From positions 1 to 21,509 of the forward strand of contig JBFGJG010000061.1 of assembly GCA_041577295.1 (NCBI GenBank): a stretch of 21,509 nucleotides of DNA. The letters run 5' to 3'. This DNA is from Gemmatimonadales bacterium (GTDB taxonomy: Bacteria > Gemmatimonadota > Gemmatimonadetes > Gemmatimonadales > GWC2-71-9). Below the pieces are notes generated by a model. The model was not told the DNA's origin. It searched no databases and was given only the letters and a program-made list of their open reading frames with translations. A program made the translations under genes and the position numbers. Positions 8,418-16,245 of this stretch are shown here, piece after piece (positions within the stretch are counted from its first letter, which is position 1; each line of letters starts with the position of its first letter).

Positions 8418-10664
8418 ATGGCCATGGAAGTCCGGCTGAGCCGCGAGATGCGGCTGATCGACGTCACCATGATTGGTGTTGGGGCCATGATTGGTGCGGG
8501 GATCTTTGTGCTCACGGGCATCGCGGCCGGTGTTGCCGGCCCCGCACTGCTTCTCGTGTTTCTCCTCAATGGACTGGTGGCGCTCCTCACCGCCATGGCA
8601 TACGCGGAGTTGGGCGGGGCCATCCATGGCGCGGGGGGCGGGTATCTCTGGATTAAGCGCTCCCTGCCCGACCCGAGTGGATTCTTGGCTGGTTGGATGG
8701 ACTGGTTTGCGCACGCGGTGGCGTGTTCCTTATACGCCCTTGGATTCGGCGCGTACTTCAAGGAAGTATTGGTCTTCTCGGGTGTGGAGCTACGGCCCAT
8801 GCCGGTCGCTCCTATCGAAATCTGGCTTGCTGTCGTCGCGTGTGCGTTTTTCGCGTACATAAACTTTGCCGGCGCTTCTGAGACGGGCAAAGCCGGAAAC
8901 GTTGTCACGATTGGCAAGGTCGTAATCCTCGGCGCGTTCATTGCCATGGGGCTGTGGGTCATGACACAGCGACCAGGATGGCAAGCGTCGTTCACTCCGT
9001 TCATGACTCAGGGCTGGGCCGGGGTGTTCGCCGCCATGGGGCTCACGTTCATCGCCTTCGAGGGCTACGAGATCATCGCGCAGACGAGCGAGGAGGTGGA
9101 GGATCCCAAGCGCAATGTGCCGCGTGCGGTTTTTCTGTCGCTGCTGATTGTCATTCCGATTTATCTCTTGGTGGCCCTGGTTGCCATTGGAGCGGTGATC
9201 CCACCACCAGGTATCGCGGTGACGGAGTATCTTGGGCAGGAAAAAGAGATCGCATTAGTGGCCGCGGCAGAGCAGTTCGTGACCGGCGGCGCCATCGCGA
9301 TTCTCGTGGGAGGTCTCCTGTCGACCCTCTCGGCGCTCAACGCGACGATCTACTCGTCGTCTCGAGTCGCTTTTGCAATGGCACGAGATGCGAGCCTGCC
9401 GCAGATCGTCGCCCGAGTGCACGCAAAACGTGCTACCCCGCATTTCGCCATTCTGTTCTCGGCCATTCTCATCGTGGGGATGGCGGTGGCACTCCCGATT
9501 GAAGAGGTGGCCGCTGCCGCCAGCGTGATGTTCCTGCTGCTCTTCGGCGGTGTGAACGTCGCGGTGATACGGTTGCGCAAGTTGCATCCAGAGCTCGATC
9601 GCGGCTTTTGGACACCGCTCGTGCCGTTCACACCCATTGTGGCGATCACGACCATGCTGTTCGTCGCCGTTTTCGTGTTCATCGCGTACCCGCTCGCGTT
9701 CGTGGCCGCCGCCGGCTGGATGGGTGCAGGTGCGGTGTTCTACTACGTGTACAGCCGCAAGCGTGAAACCGCATTCACCGAGCGGGCTGCATGGATGGAG
9801 CGCATCGAGCGAAAGGAATACCGCGTGCTCGTGGCTATCTCGAGCCCGCGAACGGTCGCGACCCTCATGGAAGCGGGGATTGCGATCGCCCGTAAGCACG
9901 AAGGAGAGCTGGTCGTGGTTACGGTCGCGGAGGTGCCCGAGGGGGAGTCGCTGCTCGCGGGTCGGCGCCAGCTGCGCGAGCTCGAACCAGTCCTGATGGA
10001 CGCAGTGCGCTACGCAGAAGAGCGGGGCCTCCTAGCCCATCCGGTGGTGAAGATCGGACGCCGGATCAGTCACAGCCTGGTGCAGGCCGTGCGCGAAGAA
10101 GAGTGCAACTTCCTCATCATCGGTCAGCCACACACCCAGTCTGTTTTCGAGCGAGTCGTTTCATCAATCGTCGAGCGCGTCTTACAGGATGCGCCGTGTC
10201 AGGTCGGTGTGGTATACGGGGTCATCGATCGCGATGCGGTGGATCGAGTCGTGATTCCTGTAACGAAGAGCAAGAACGCAGAGCTGGCACTCGAACTCGC
10301 ACCTGCACTCTCCGAGTGGTTTGAGGCGCCATCGCGGGCGCTGACCGTGGTGCCTCGCGATGCCACCCCTGCAGTGGCGGAGCAGCTCACGGCAGGAGCG
10401 CAGGAGACCCTCGAGGCGTCGGGGTTCGATGGTGAGCTCAAAGTACTCCGGCGACGCGAAATCGCTCGCGGGCTGACCGGTGCGATCAAGCGGGGCGAGT
10501 TGGTGCTCATCGGCGCGCCACGATCCGGACCAGTGGTCCCAATCCTAGGCGATACAATTCCCGCGTTGATCGCGAAGCGCGGACAGAATCCCGTCATGGT
10601 GGTGCGAGAGGTCGAGGAACGGGGGACGCGACGGTTCGAGCGGGTCTTCTTCGCGAGGAGGTAA
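8418..10664 (+). CDS. APC-superfamily amino acid permease with C-terminal universal stress protein (USP) domains
   Basis: Start ATG 8418 after AGGA. GAMIGAGIF TM1 motif, FIAFEGYE, SSSRVAFAMARD, about 12 TM segments, then RVLVAISSP...SSIVERVLQDAPCQV and a second USP-like unit. Confidence 0.9.
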   Translation: MAMEVRLSREMRLIDVTMIGVGAMIGAGIFVLTGIAAGVAGPALLLVFLLNGLVALLTAMAYAELGGAIHGAGGGYLWIKRSLPDPSGFLAGWMDWFAHAVACSLYALGFGAYFKEVLVFSGVELRPMPVAPIEIWLAVVACAFFAYINFAGASETGKAGNVVTIGKVVILGAFIAMGLWVMTQRPGWQASFTPFMTQGWAGVFAAMGLTFIAFEGYEIIAQTSEEVEDPKRNVPRAVFLSLLIVIPIYLLVALVAIGAVIPPPGIAVTEYLGQEKEIALVAAAEQFVTGGAIAILVGGLLSTLSALNATIYSSSRVAFAMARDASLPQIVARVHAKRATPHFAILFSAILIVGMAVALPIEEVAAAASVMFLLLFGGVNVAVIRLRKLHPELDRGFWTPLVPFTPIVAITTMLFVAVFVFIAYPLAFVAAAGWMGAGAVFYYVYSRKRETAFTERAAWMERIERKEYRVLVAISSPRTVATLMEAGIAIARKHEGELVVVTVAEVPEGESLLAGRRQLRELEPVLMDAVRYAEERGLLAHPVVKIGRRISHSLVQAVREEECNFLIIGQPHTQSVFERVVSSIVERVLQDAPCQVGVVYGVIDRDAVDRVVIPVTKSKNAELALELAPALSEWFEAPSRALTVVPRDATPAVAEQLTAGAQETLEASGFDGELKVLRRREIARGLTGAIKRGELVLIGAPRSGPVVPILGDTIPALIAKRGQNPVMVVREVEERGTRRFERVFFARR

Positions 10665-10670
10665 CGTCTC

Positions 10671-11336
10671 ATGCAAGCCCCTGACCAAGGACCGATCGGG
10701 CGCTTTGGCCAGCAACTCTCTGACTACCTCCCAGCGCTGACGGGTGGGTTGGTGGTCTTGGGGCTGGGAATTGTCACCGGTTGGATTCTCAAGCGAATTG
10801 TCGTGCGGGTCCTGATCTGGCTCCGGCTCGATCGGCTGGGCGGTAGATATGGATGGCGCGCCGCATTCGGCAAAGGGGATGTGCGCGCCGCATTGTACGA
10901 GCTCGTGGGCTCGGTGGCCATGGCACTCGCCGTGCTGGTGTTTCTCGAAAACGCCTTGCAAATCTGGGGGCTGACGGTCCTGGCGCAGCAGGTGGACCAG
11001 ATCATCTCATACGTGCCCAACCTCGTTCTCGCAGCGTTGATCATCGGGCTTGGGTTGGTGCTCGTAAACACGTTGGCGGAGCGCGTGGAGGATGCGCTCG
11101 AAGAAGAAGATGCGCCTCACCCCCGACTGCTCGCGCGGATCTTGAAAGCGGCGCTGATGGCGATCATCATCGCGCTCGGTCTGTGGCAGCTGAACTTTGC
11201 GCGAGAGATTGTGCTCGCGGCGTTCCTCATCGGGTTTGGAGCCATCGGTGTGGCCTTCGCCATGGCGGTCGGGCTCGGCTCTGCTCGGGCCGTGCAGGGC
11301 GGGTGGGACGCACTGTTCAAGCGACGGAAGGACTGA
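10671..11336 (+). CDS. Conserved TM-helix repeat membrane protein (mechanosensitive-channel-associated, CmpX-like)
   Basis: Repeats YLPALTGGLVVLGLGIVTGWILKRIV and YVPNLVLAALIIGLG, C-terminal AFAMAVGLGS; starts 6 nt after the permease stop. Confidence 0.8.
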   Translation: MQAPDQGPIGRFGQQLSDYLPALTGGLVVLGLGIVTGWILKRIVVRVLIWLRLDRLGGRYGWRAAFGKGDVRAALYELVGSVAMALAVLVFLENALQIWGLTVLAQQVDQIISYVPNLVLAALIIGLGLVLVNTLAERVEDALEEEDAPHPRLLARILKAALMAIIIALGLWQLNFAREIVLAAFLIGFGAIGVAFAMAVGLGSARAVQGGWDALFKRRKD

Positions 11337-11540
11337 GCGAAAGACGGCTACCCCGTCAGGCAACACGTCGTGCGCCTTCCTAATAGCCGCCGCCGGTCCC
11401 ACGAATACGACCGTGTCGCTGGAACCCGGGCACCGCCTTCACGGACCCCATTGCCCGCAAGGGCAAGACCTCGAACAACCCCTGCCTCTTGCGTCCGTTG
11501 CTACCTTAGGAAAGGCGCCCGCTCCCCATCAGGAGGTCCG

Positions 11541-11729
11541 ATGCACGACCCCGCTCATGAAGATTGGGCTAACGTCGAGCGACGACTCGCCCGGCTCGAG
11601 CACCAGATGGAGCAACTGCTAGCCGAAGTGCAATGTCTTGCTCGGCTGTCGACGGCCCAGCGCCACCATCTCCCCCAGCTCTCTCCACGGACCAGACTCG
11701 AACAACTTCCGGAGATCTTCATAGGCTGA
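11541..11729 (+). CDS. Small coiled-coil ORF (62 aa), possibly the 5' remnant of a longer gene
   Basis: Strong SD AGGAGGT just upstream of ATG 11541; NVERRLARLEHQMEQLLAEV heptad pattern, then a low-complexity tail. Confidence 0.4.
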   Translation: MHDPAHEDWANVERRLARLEHQMEQLLAEVQCLARLSTAQRHHLPQLSPRTRLEQLPEIFIG

Positions 11730-11798
11730 CCAACGGGTCAGAACCTCGCAGTCCGCGTCGTCGTGACGTGCAGTTGAAAGGAACAACCGTTAGGCGTG

Positions 11799-12800
11799 TC
11801 ACCGTGGCGTGGTGAAGAGCGCAATCTGATCTGCCACGCGTAAGGCCAACGTGCCTCGCGGCACGGCTGCCTCCGGTATGGGCGTGCCCTCCAGACGTTG
11901 AACAACGCTTCCGGTGGTGACGTCGTAGACGTTGAAACCAACGACGTCCGCGCGACCTATACCAACCTGTTCCGTCTGGCGTCCTGACGGCTCGACACGG
12001 GCCAGCAGCAGGTAGTCCCCCTCGTTGTACACCCAACCCCGTATCGCTCCTTCGGCTGGATCGGGGAGCTCGAGCTCCCTTCCGGATTCCCGGTCGTATA
12101 GGTGCCAGCCGGGTGCGTCCACCTCCTCGAGCGCAAAATAGAGGTAGTGGCGGCCGGAGGGCGAGAAGTGGATGTCTCGGTATTCGGTCCGCGTGAGCGA
12201 TGCGTCGGAAACGTCGTAGCGGAACACGCGCTGCCCCTGCGAGGTGGATGCGATGGTCTTCAGGTAAAGCGAGCTGTCGAACGGGGCCCAATGAACGGCA
12301 TAAAAACCACCCTGCGGAGGAACGCCACTTGGTTCCCGCAGGGGTGTTTCCGCACCGCTCGTAACGTCGTAAAGGAAGGCACTATCCGGAACGAATCCAA
12401 CACCCACCTCGGACGCGGCTCCCGTGAGGATTGCGATCTCGTCCGCCAAGCAACACCACTCGTAGGCTTGCACGTTACGATCCACGGTATCTCTGACAAT
12501 TCCTGCGGAATTGATCACGATGAGCCGATTCCGCTGGGCTGGTGCGCGCTCCACCTCGATGAAGGCCGCGTGTCGCCCGTCAGGCGAGACGGTGAGGTCC
12601 CGGACCGACCACGCCGGCGAGCGGTAGATCGTGTCCCTGCGCTCACTCACCGGATCGATGCGTGCCACGATGTTGCCTGGCGCGAGTTGTACGACGAGGG
12701 TTGTTGGCTGTTGTGCTTTCCCGCGCAGCGTGAGCGTCACCGCGCCAAGTGCGAGCAGCCCGAAAAGCCCTCCAAGTGAGACCCACCGACGTAATGTCAT
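11799..12800 (-). CDS. Secreted hypothetical protein, probable TolB-like beta-propeller
   Basis: Sec-type signal (MTLRRWVSLGGLFGLLALGAV...KAQ), VSPDGRH and FSPSGRHY repeats, beta-rich; ATGA overlap with the upstream peptidase gene. Confidence 0.75.
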   Translation of the reverse strand: MTLRRWVSLGGLFGLLALGAVTLTLRGKAQQPTTLVVQLAPGNIVARIDPVSERRDTIYRSPAWSVRDLTVSPDGRHAAFIEVERAPAQRNRLIVINSAGIVRDTVDRNVQAYEWCCLADEIAILTGAASEVGVGFVPDSAFLYDVTSGAETPLREPSGVPPQGGFYAVHWAPFDSSLYLKTIASTSQGQRVFRYDVSDASLTRTEYRDIHFSPSGRHYLYFALEEVDAPGWHLYDRESGRELELPDPAEGAIRGWVYNEGDYLLLARVEPSGRQTEQVGIGRADVVGFNVYDVTTGSVVQRLEGTPIPEAAVPRGTLALRVADQIALFTTPR

Positions 12801-13546
12801 CGTTCGTCGTTCGCTCCGTCGGGGTCCGTGATGCGCACGTGAAAGTGATTACTGTGAGCCCCTGACGCGTCGTGCACCATGATCGACGCCGGACCAAAGA
12901 TCCCCGTACGGACCGAATCGTAGAGGATCCGCTCGATCCGCCCGGTCGAGATCAAGCACTGGATCAACTGGGCGGTGGCAAGTTGATCGTACAATACCGA
13001 ATCTGCTTCGCGGAGATCCAGGCGTCCCGTATCGTCCGTGCGTAGATAGCGGAGATCCACATCGCGCCCGTTCTGGTGAGACACATGCGGTGGAAAGAAA
13101 CCGCCGGTTCGCAGACTCATGTCCAGCACCTGGGCAGGTTGGCGAGTGGGGCTCTCGGCATCCAGACAGTCCTGTCCGTGAAAGTGACGTCCGGCTCCCT
13201 CGATCCCGTTGATGAGAGCGAGCGTTCCCCAATCATCGGTGTCGACGACGTCAGTCCCCAGCGTGTGCAGGTACGCGGTGATCGAATCGCCCAGGTCGGG
13301 AAGGTTGATCCCCCCGTCGAGCGTCCCGGCGGTTGGGATGCCCAACGCACGGCTCGGGTTCGGATCCACCCGAGCGGTGTCAAAGCCGAGGTGCGCGTTG
13401 GCCGGGTTGATCTCAACCGCCGTGCTGATTGAATCGCCGTCGGGGTCCCATGGGTTGGCCGATCCATCGGGCGGTGCCGGGCAAGCGGTACCGGTCATTG
13501 CCAACCACAACGCCGCGGCCGCTGTCACTGAACGAGGCAACCCCAT
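12797..13546 (-). CDS. MepA-like penicillin-insensitive murein endopeptidase (LAS-type Zn peptidase), probable lipoprotein
   Basis: GTLDGGINLP, WGT, DMSLRTGGFFPPHVSHQNGRDVDLRY (H-x6-D) and HSNHFHVRI (HxH). Probable start ATG 13546 with signal and lipobox TGTAC (ORF track extends to 13606). Acidic DPDGDSI loop. Confidence 0.85.
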   Translation of the reverse strand: MGLPRSVTAAAALWLAMTGTACPAPPDGSANPWDPDGDSISTAVEINPANAHLGFDTARVDPNPSRALGIPTAGTLDGGINLPDLGDSITAYLHTLGTDVVDTDDWGTLALINGIEGAGRHFHGQDCLDAESPTRQPAQVLDMSLRTGGFFPPHVSHQNGRDVDLRYLRTDDTGRLDLREADSVLYDQLATAQLIQCLISTGRIERILYDSVRTGIFGPASIMVHDASGAHSNHFHVRITDPDGANDER

Positions 13547-13630
13547 GGAGACGGCGGTCCATCCCGCGAAGACGCGGTTCGTTTTCCGCCGAGCTTTGTG
13601 GAACACAGCGGGAAATGTTCGCCTGAAGCC

Positions 13631-15661
13631 CTACGAAAACAACTCTAGTTGGTCCGGTTTCTTTTGAGCTGCGTCGATGACGCTGTCGATCGAGACGTGG
13701 TCGTATACGGCGAGCAAGTCAAAGGTTTGGTGGCAAGAGGCTTTCTGTACGGACTTGATGTACCGCACATGTTTCCACAGGCTCCCGAGCTGTTTCATGT
13801 AGCACTCTCGAAGTGCGAGCCGCATCCGCGCCCGTCGGTCCTCAGTCACAGCGTCGTCCAGTATGGACCGATACGCGTCGGTCCCAAAGTACGCCGACAA
13901 CGCCGCGTGGTCGATCACCGGTGGTGGTCCGGTGTCGATGGGTGGTAAGCCCAGATCCGCGGCGTAGAGGAGGAACAGCTCCACCTTTGCGTATGTGATC
14001 TTGAGTTTCTGGACTGCTGCAAATGGGAGGTCTGTAGGACAGCCCACGTCAGCAAACACGAGCAGGTGTGCGTCGGAGTCAGCGACCTTGCCGAGATCGT
14101 CGAGAAGCTTGTCGATATCGCCCAAGTGACACCGGACCGTTCCGTGCGGGATGCCGGTCTCGTCTCGCTGTAGCTCCCGTAACACCCGCTCCCGGAGCGC
14201 CCAGTGGTCCAGCCGTCTCGAGTTGCAGAAGTGGTAAGTCTCGACGGTTGCTATTCGCCGACCGGTAATCGCGGCCCGCAGGGCACGAATGGGTGAGCCC
14301 TCGACCTCGGCAGGTTGACCGTCGTCGGTCTCGAGATTCACGGAACGCCCGGGTCCGGCAAACAGATCGACGTACTGCACGGGCCCTTTGCGGCTGTTGG
14401 CACTGTCGACGATAGGGAAGAGATACTCGTCGACGAATTCGACCTTCTCTCGAGCCCAGGGGCCCTGATCACGTGCCGGCCGGCCGTCAGAAGCCCAGAC
14501 GTAACCGTCCGCCAGCGGGTCATCCGCTTCCTTGGTCAGGGGTCCCCGGTGGAACAGCAACGCCTCAATGCGGTCCGCGGCTCGCTGTGGGGGGTGGGGC
14601 CTCGCCGCTCCGTAGATCCCAAGCGTCAGGGCAGGCGTCGCGTGCCCCAGTCGTTTCGAAACGGCATCGACGTCTTCGCCTGCGGCGAGCAGCAGGGTCG
14701 CACACGTGTGCCGTAAATCATATGGCCGGACGTCGGCAAGACCTGCCTTGCGCGCGATCGGTTTGAAATGCCGCCTGACCACGACACGCCAGTCGAGCGG
14801 GGTGCCACGCGACGTTGCAAACACGAAGTCGCTTTGCTGTGGCGAGCGTGCCTTGACGCGGCCGTTCCGCTGTGCCGTCCTATGGTGCTCGAGCGTCTCA
14901 ATCACCGTGCGGGACAGGTTCACCGTCCGCTCTCCCCGGGGGAACTTGAGTGGCTCGAGCGACCAGCGTCCTCCCGTCCGCACCAGCGCGCGGTGGATTC
15001 GAAGTGTTCCGTTCTCAACGTCCTCCCACTTGAGTGCCAGCGCTTCGCCGGGACGGACCCCCGTAGTCACGAGCAGCTCCCATAACGGGTACCACCGGTC
15101 CCCACGCGCCGCCGCAAGGAAGGTTTCGACCTCGGCGGATCCCAGCACCCGCTTCTTTCGTACTGTACGCCGCGGAAGCTCCGTGCCGCGGCTGGGGTTT
15201 CTGGGAAGCCTTCCCGAGCGAACCGCCTCTTCCAACGCGGAGTGGAGGACCGAATGCGTGTACCGCACGGTCCGCGCTGACAGACCGCGGTCCAGCATGC
15301 CACGGTAGATGCCGCCTATTTGGTCGGTGGTGAGCTGGAGCAACGGCCGGTCGCCGAGCACGGGCTCGATGTGTCGTTTGAGAAGGGCGGTGTAATCAGC
15401 GAGGGTGCGTGGGGCAACTCGCGTCGCGACGGCGCCACTCAGCCACTCGGCCAAGTAGGCACCGAGTGTGAGACTCACTGGTCGATTGGCGCTTCTTTCC
15501 CGGCGGCGCACGGTTGCGAGGTAGGCACGTGCGTCCTTCCGGGTGCCGACGACGGTTTTGTTGTGGTAGAGACGCTTCCCCTGTAAATCCCTCCCGAGGT
15601 AGACCCTCACGAGGAACTTGTTTGGTCCCCGTTCGACGATCTGGCCGACGTTTCGTGCCAT
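13631..15661 (-). CDS. Tyrosine integrase (aa ~1-370) fused in frame to a TcmP-like (three-Cys-motif partner) SAM-methyltransferase-fold domain (aa ~385-676)
   Basis: Integrase: arm-binding-like N-terminus, core-binding domain (TLGAYLAEWL...LSARTVRYTHSVLHSALEEAV), TGVRPGEALAL, YDLRHTCAT, LGH, TLGIY. C-terminal domain: DGRPARDQGPWAREK, YVDLFAGPGR, GSPIRAL, HLGDID, YFGTD, ending QLELFS. Confidence 0.85.
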   Translation of the reverse strand: MARNVGQIVERGPNKFLVRVYLGRDLQGKRLYHNKTVVGTRKDARAYLATVRRRERSANRPVSLTLGAYLAEWLSGAVATRVAPRTLADYTALLKRHIEPVLGDRPLLQLTTDQIGGIYRGMLDRGLSARTVRYTHSVLHSALEEAVRSGRLPRNPSRGTELPRRTVRKKRVLGSAEVETFLAAARGDRWYPLWELLVTTGVRPGEALALKWEDVENGTLRIHRALVRTGGRWSLEPLKFPRGERTVNLSRTVIETLEHHRTAQRNGRVKARSPQQSDFVFATSRGTPLDWRVVVRRHFKPIARKAGLADVRPYDLRHTCATLLLAAGEDVDAVSKRLGHATPALTLGIYGAARPHPPQRAADRIEALLFHRGPLTKEADDPLADGYVWASDGRPARDQGPWAREKVEFVDEYLFPIVDSANSRKGPVQYVDLFAGPGRSVNLETDDGQPAEVEGSPIRALRAAITGRRIATVETYHFCNSRRLDHWALRERVLRELQRDETGIPHGTVRCHLGDIDKLLDDLGKVADSDAHLLVFADVGCPTDLPFAAVQKLKITYAKVELFLLYAADLGLPPIDTGPPPVIDHAALSAYFGTDAYRSILDDAVTEDRRARMRLALRECYMKQLGSLWKHVRYIKSVQKASCHQTFDLLAVYDHVSIDSVIDAAQKKPDQLELFS

Positions 15662-15690
15662 CGCCTACTACTGTGCAGATGGTGTCGCCA

Positions 15691-15740
15691 AGTTTGCACA
15701 CCAAGAGCACATCGTCAAGAGTAATTTTTTGGTTTTGAAG
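15691..15740 (-). promoter_or_regulatory. Putative sigma70 promoter with UP-like A-tract for the integrase fusion
   Basis: Minus strand: CAAAACCAAAAAATTACTC, then TTGACG (15718-15713), 16 nt, CAAACT (15696-15691), ~30 nt before ATG 15661. Confidence 0.5.
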
Positions 15741-16115
15741 GGGTTAGCAGGTGCGGATGTCGAGGAGAAGGCAGTGGGTCGGGGCGGACGACTTCTCCAA
15801 TGGAATGTCTTGTTTTGTTGAGCCCAAGTGACCCGTACCACCCTTTTCAGGGGCTGCACCGGCCATGTAACTCGTTTCAGTACAAGTGGTTCACCGGATT
15901 ACACGCTGACGAATGGTCACGGGGTCATTCCACCGCCAGCCTTTCGACCCCGTCGGGAGAGGCATTCGGCGTGCGATGGTCGCCCGCACACCTATTCCGC
16001 ATGTCTACTGTCTACGACGGAAACTCCTGAGTCGAGCTCTCGGGGTCGCTGAGTCCGAGATTCGCTGTGTTGGATGCTGTGGCGTGCCTGGACAATCCTC
16101 AGTGGGTCCGATCGC

Positions 16116-16232
16116 CTGGCACCCCGATTCTGCCCATCGTTATGTTGCAACACCCGTAGACGTTTACGTCCCGTCATTAGCCAACTAGTAGAATGCCCCG
16201 AATGTGCGGCACGTGTGTCCCTCCAGGACGAC
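16116..16232 (+). pseudogene. Degenerate duplicate of the lysW promoter region and first 19 codons
   Basis: Colinear with 17207-17323 at offset 1091; 77/96 nt identical over 16137-16232 (manual count). ATG changed to ATT at 16176; reads ISQLVECPECAARVSLQDD versus Lys[20 protein letters not shown]. Confidence 0.85.
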
Positions 16233-16245
16233 AAGGGCTTGGAAC

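Larger units (their letters stand above)
11730..15900 (-). mobile_element. Candidate integrative island or remnant (integrase-TcmP, MepA-like peptidase, beta-propeller); boundaries uncertain
   Basis: Integrase plus two co-oriented cargo-like genes between a gene stub and an AT-rich intergenic region; no att direct repeat or tRNA target identified. Confidence 0.4.

Noticed and set aside
14338..14533. AAGGA plus ATG at 14523 as a separate tcmP start
   Set aside because: This ATG is out of frame with the TcmP domain and gives an unrecognisable 61-aa peptide, while the integrase frame reads through without a stop. It could be an ancestral relic but is unsupported.
15662..16115. tRNA or tmRNA integration target next to the integrase
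   Set aside because: No cloverleaf, T-loop (GTTCGA) with CCA end, or tRNA-like 3' duplicate could be seen.
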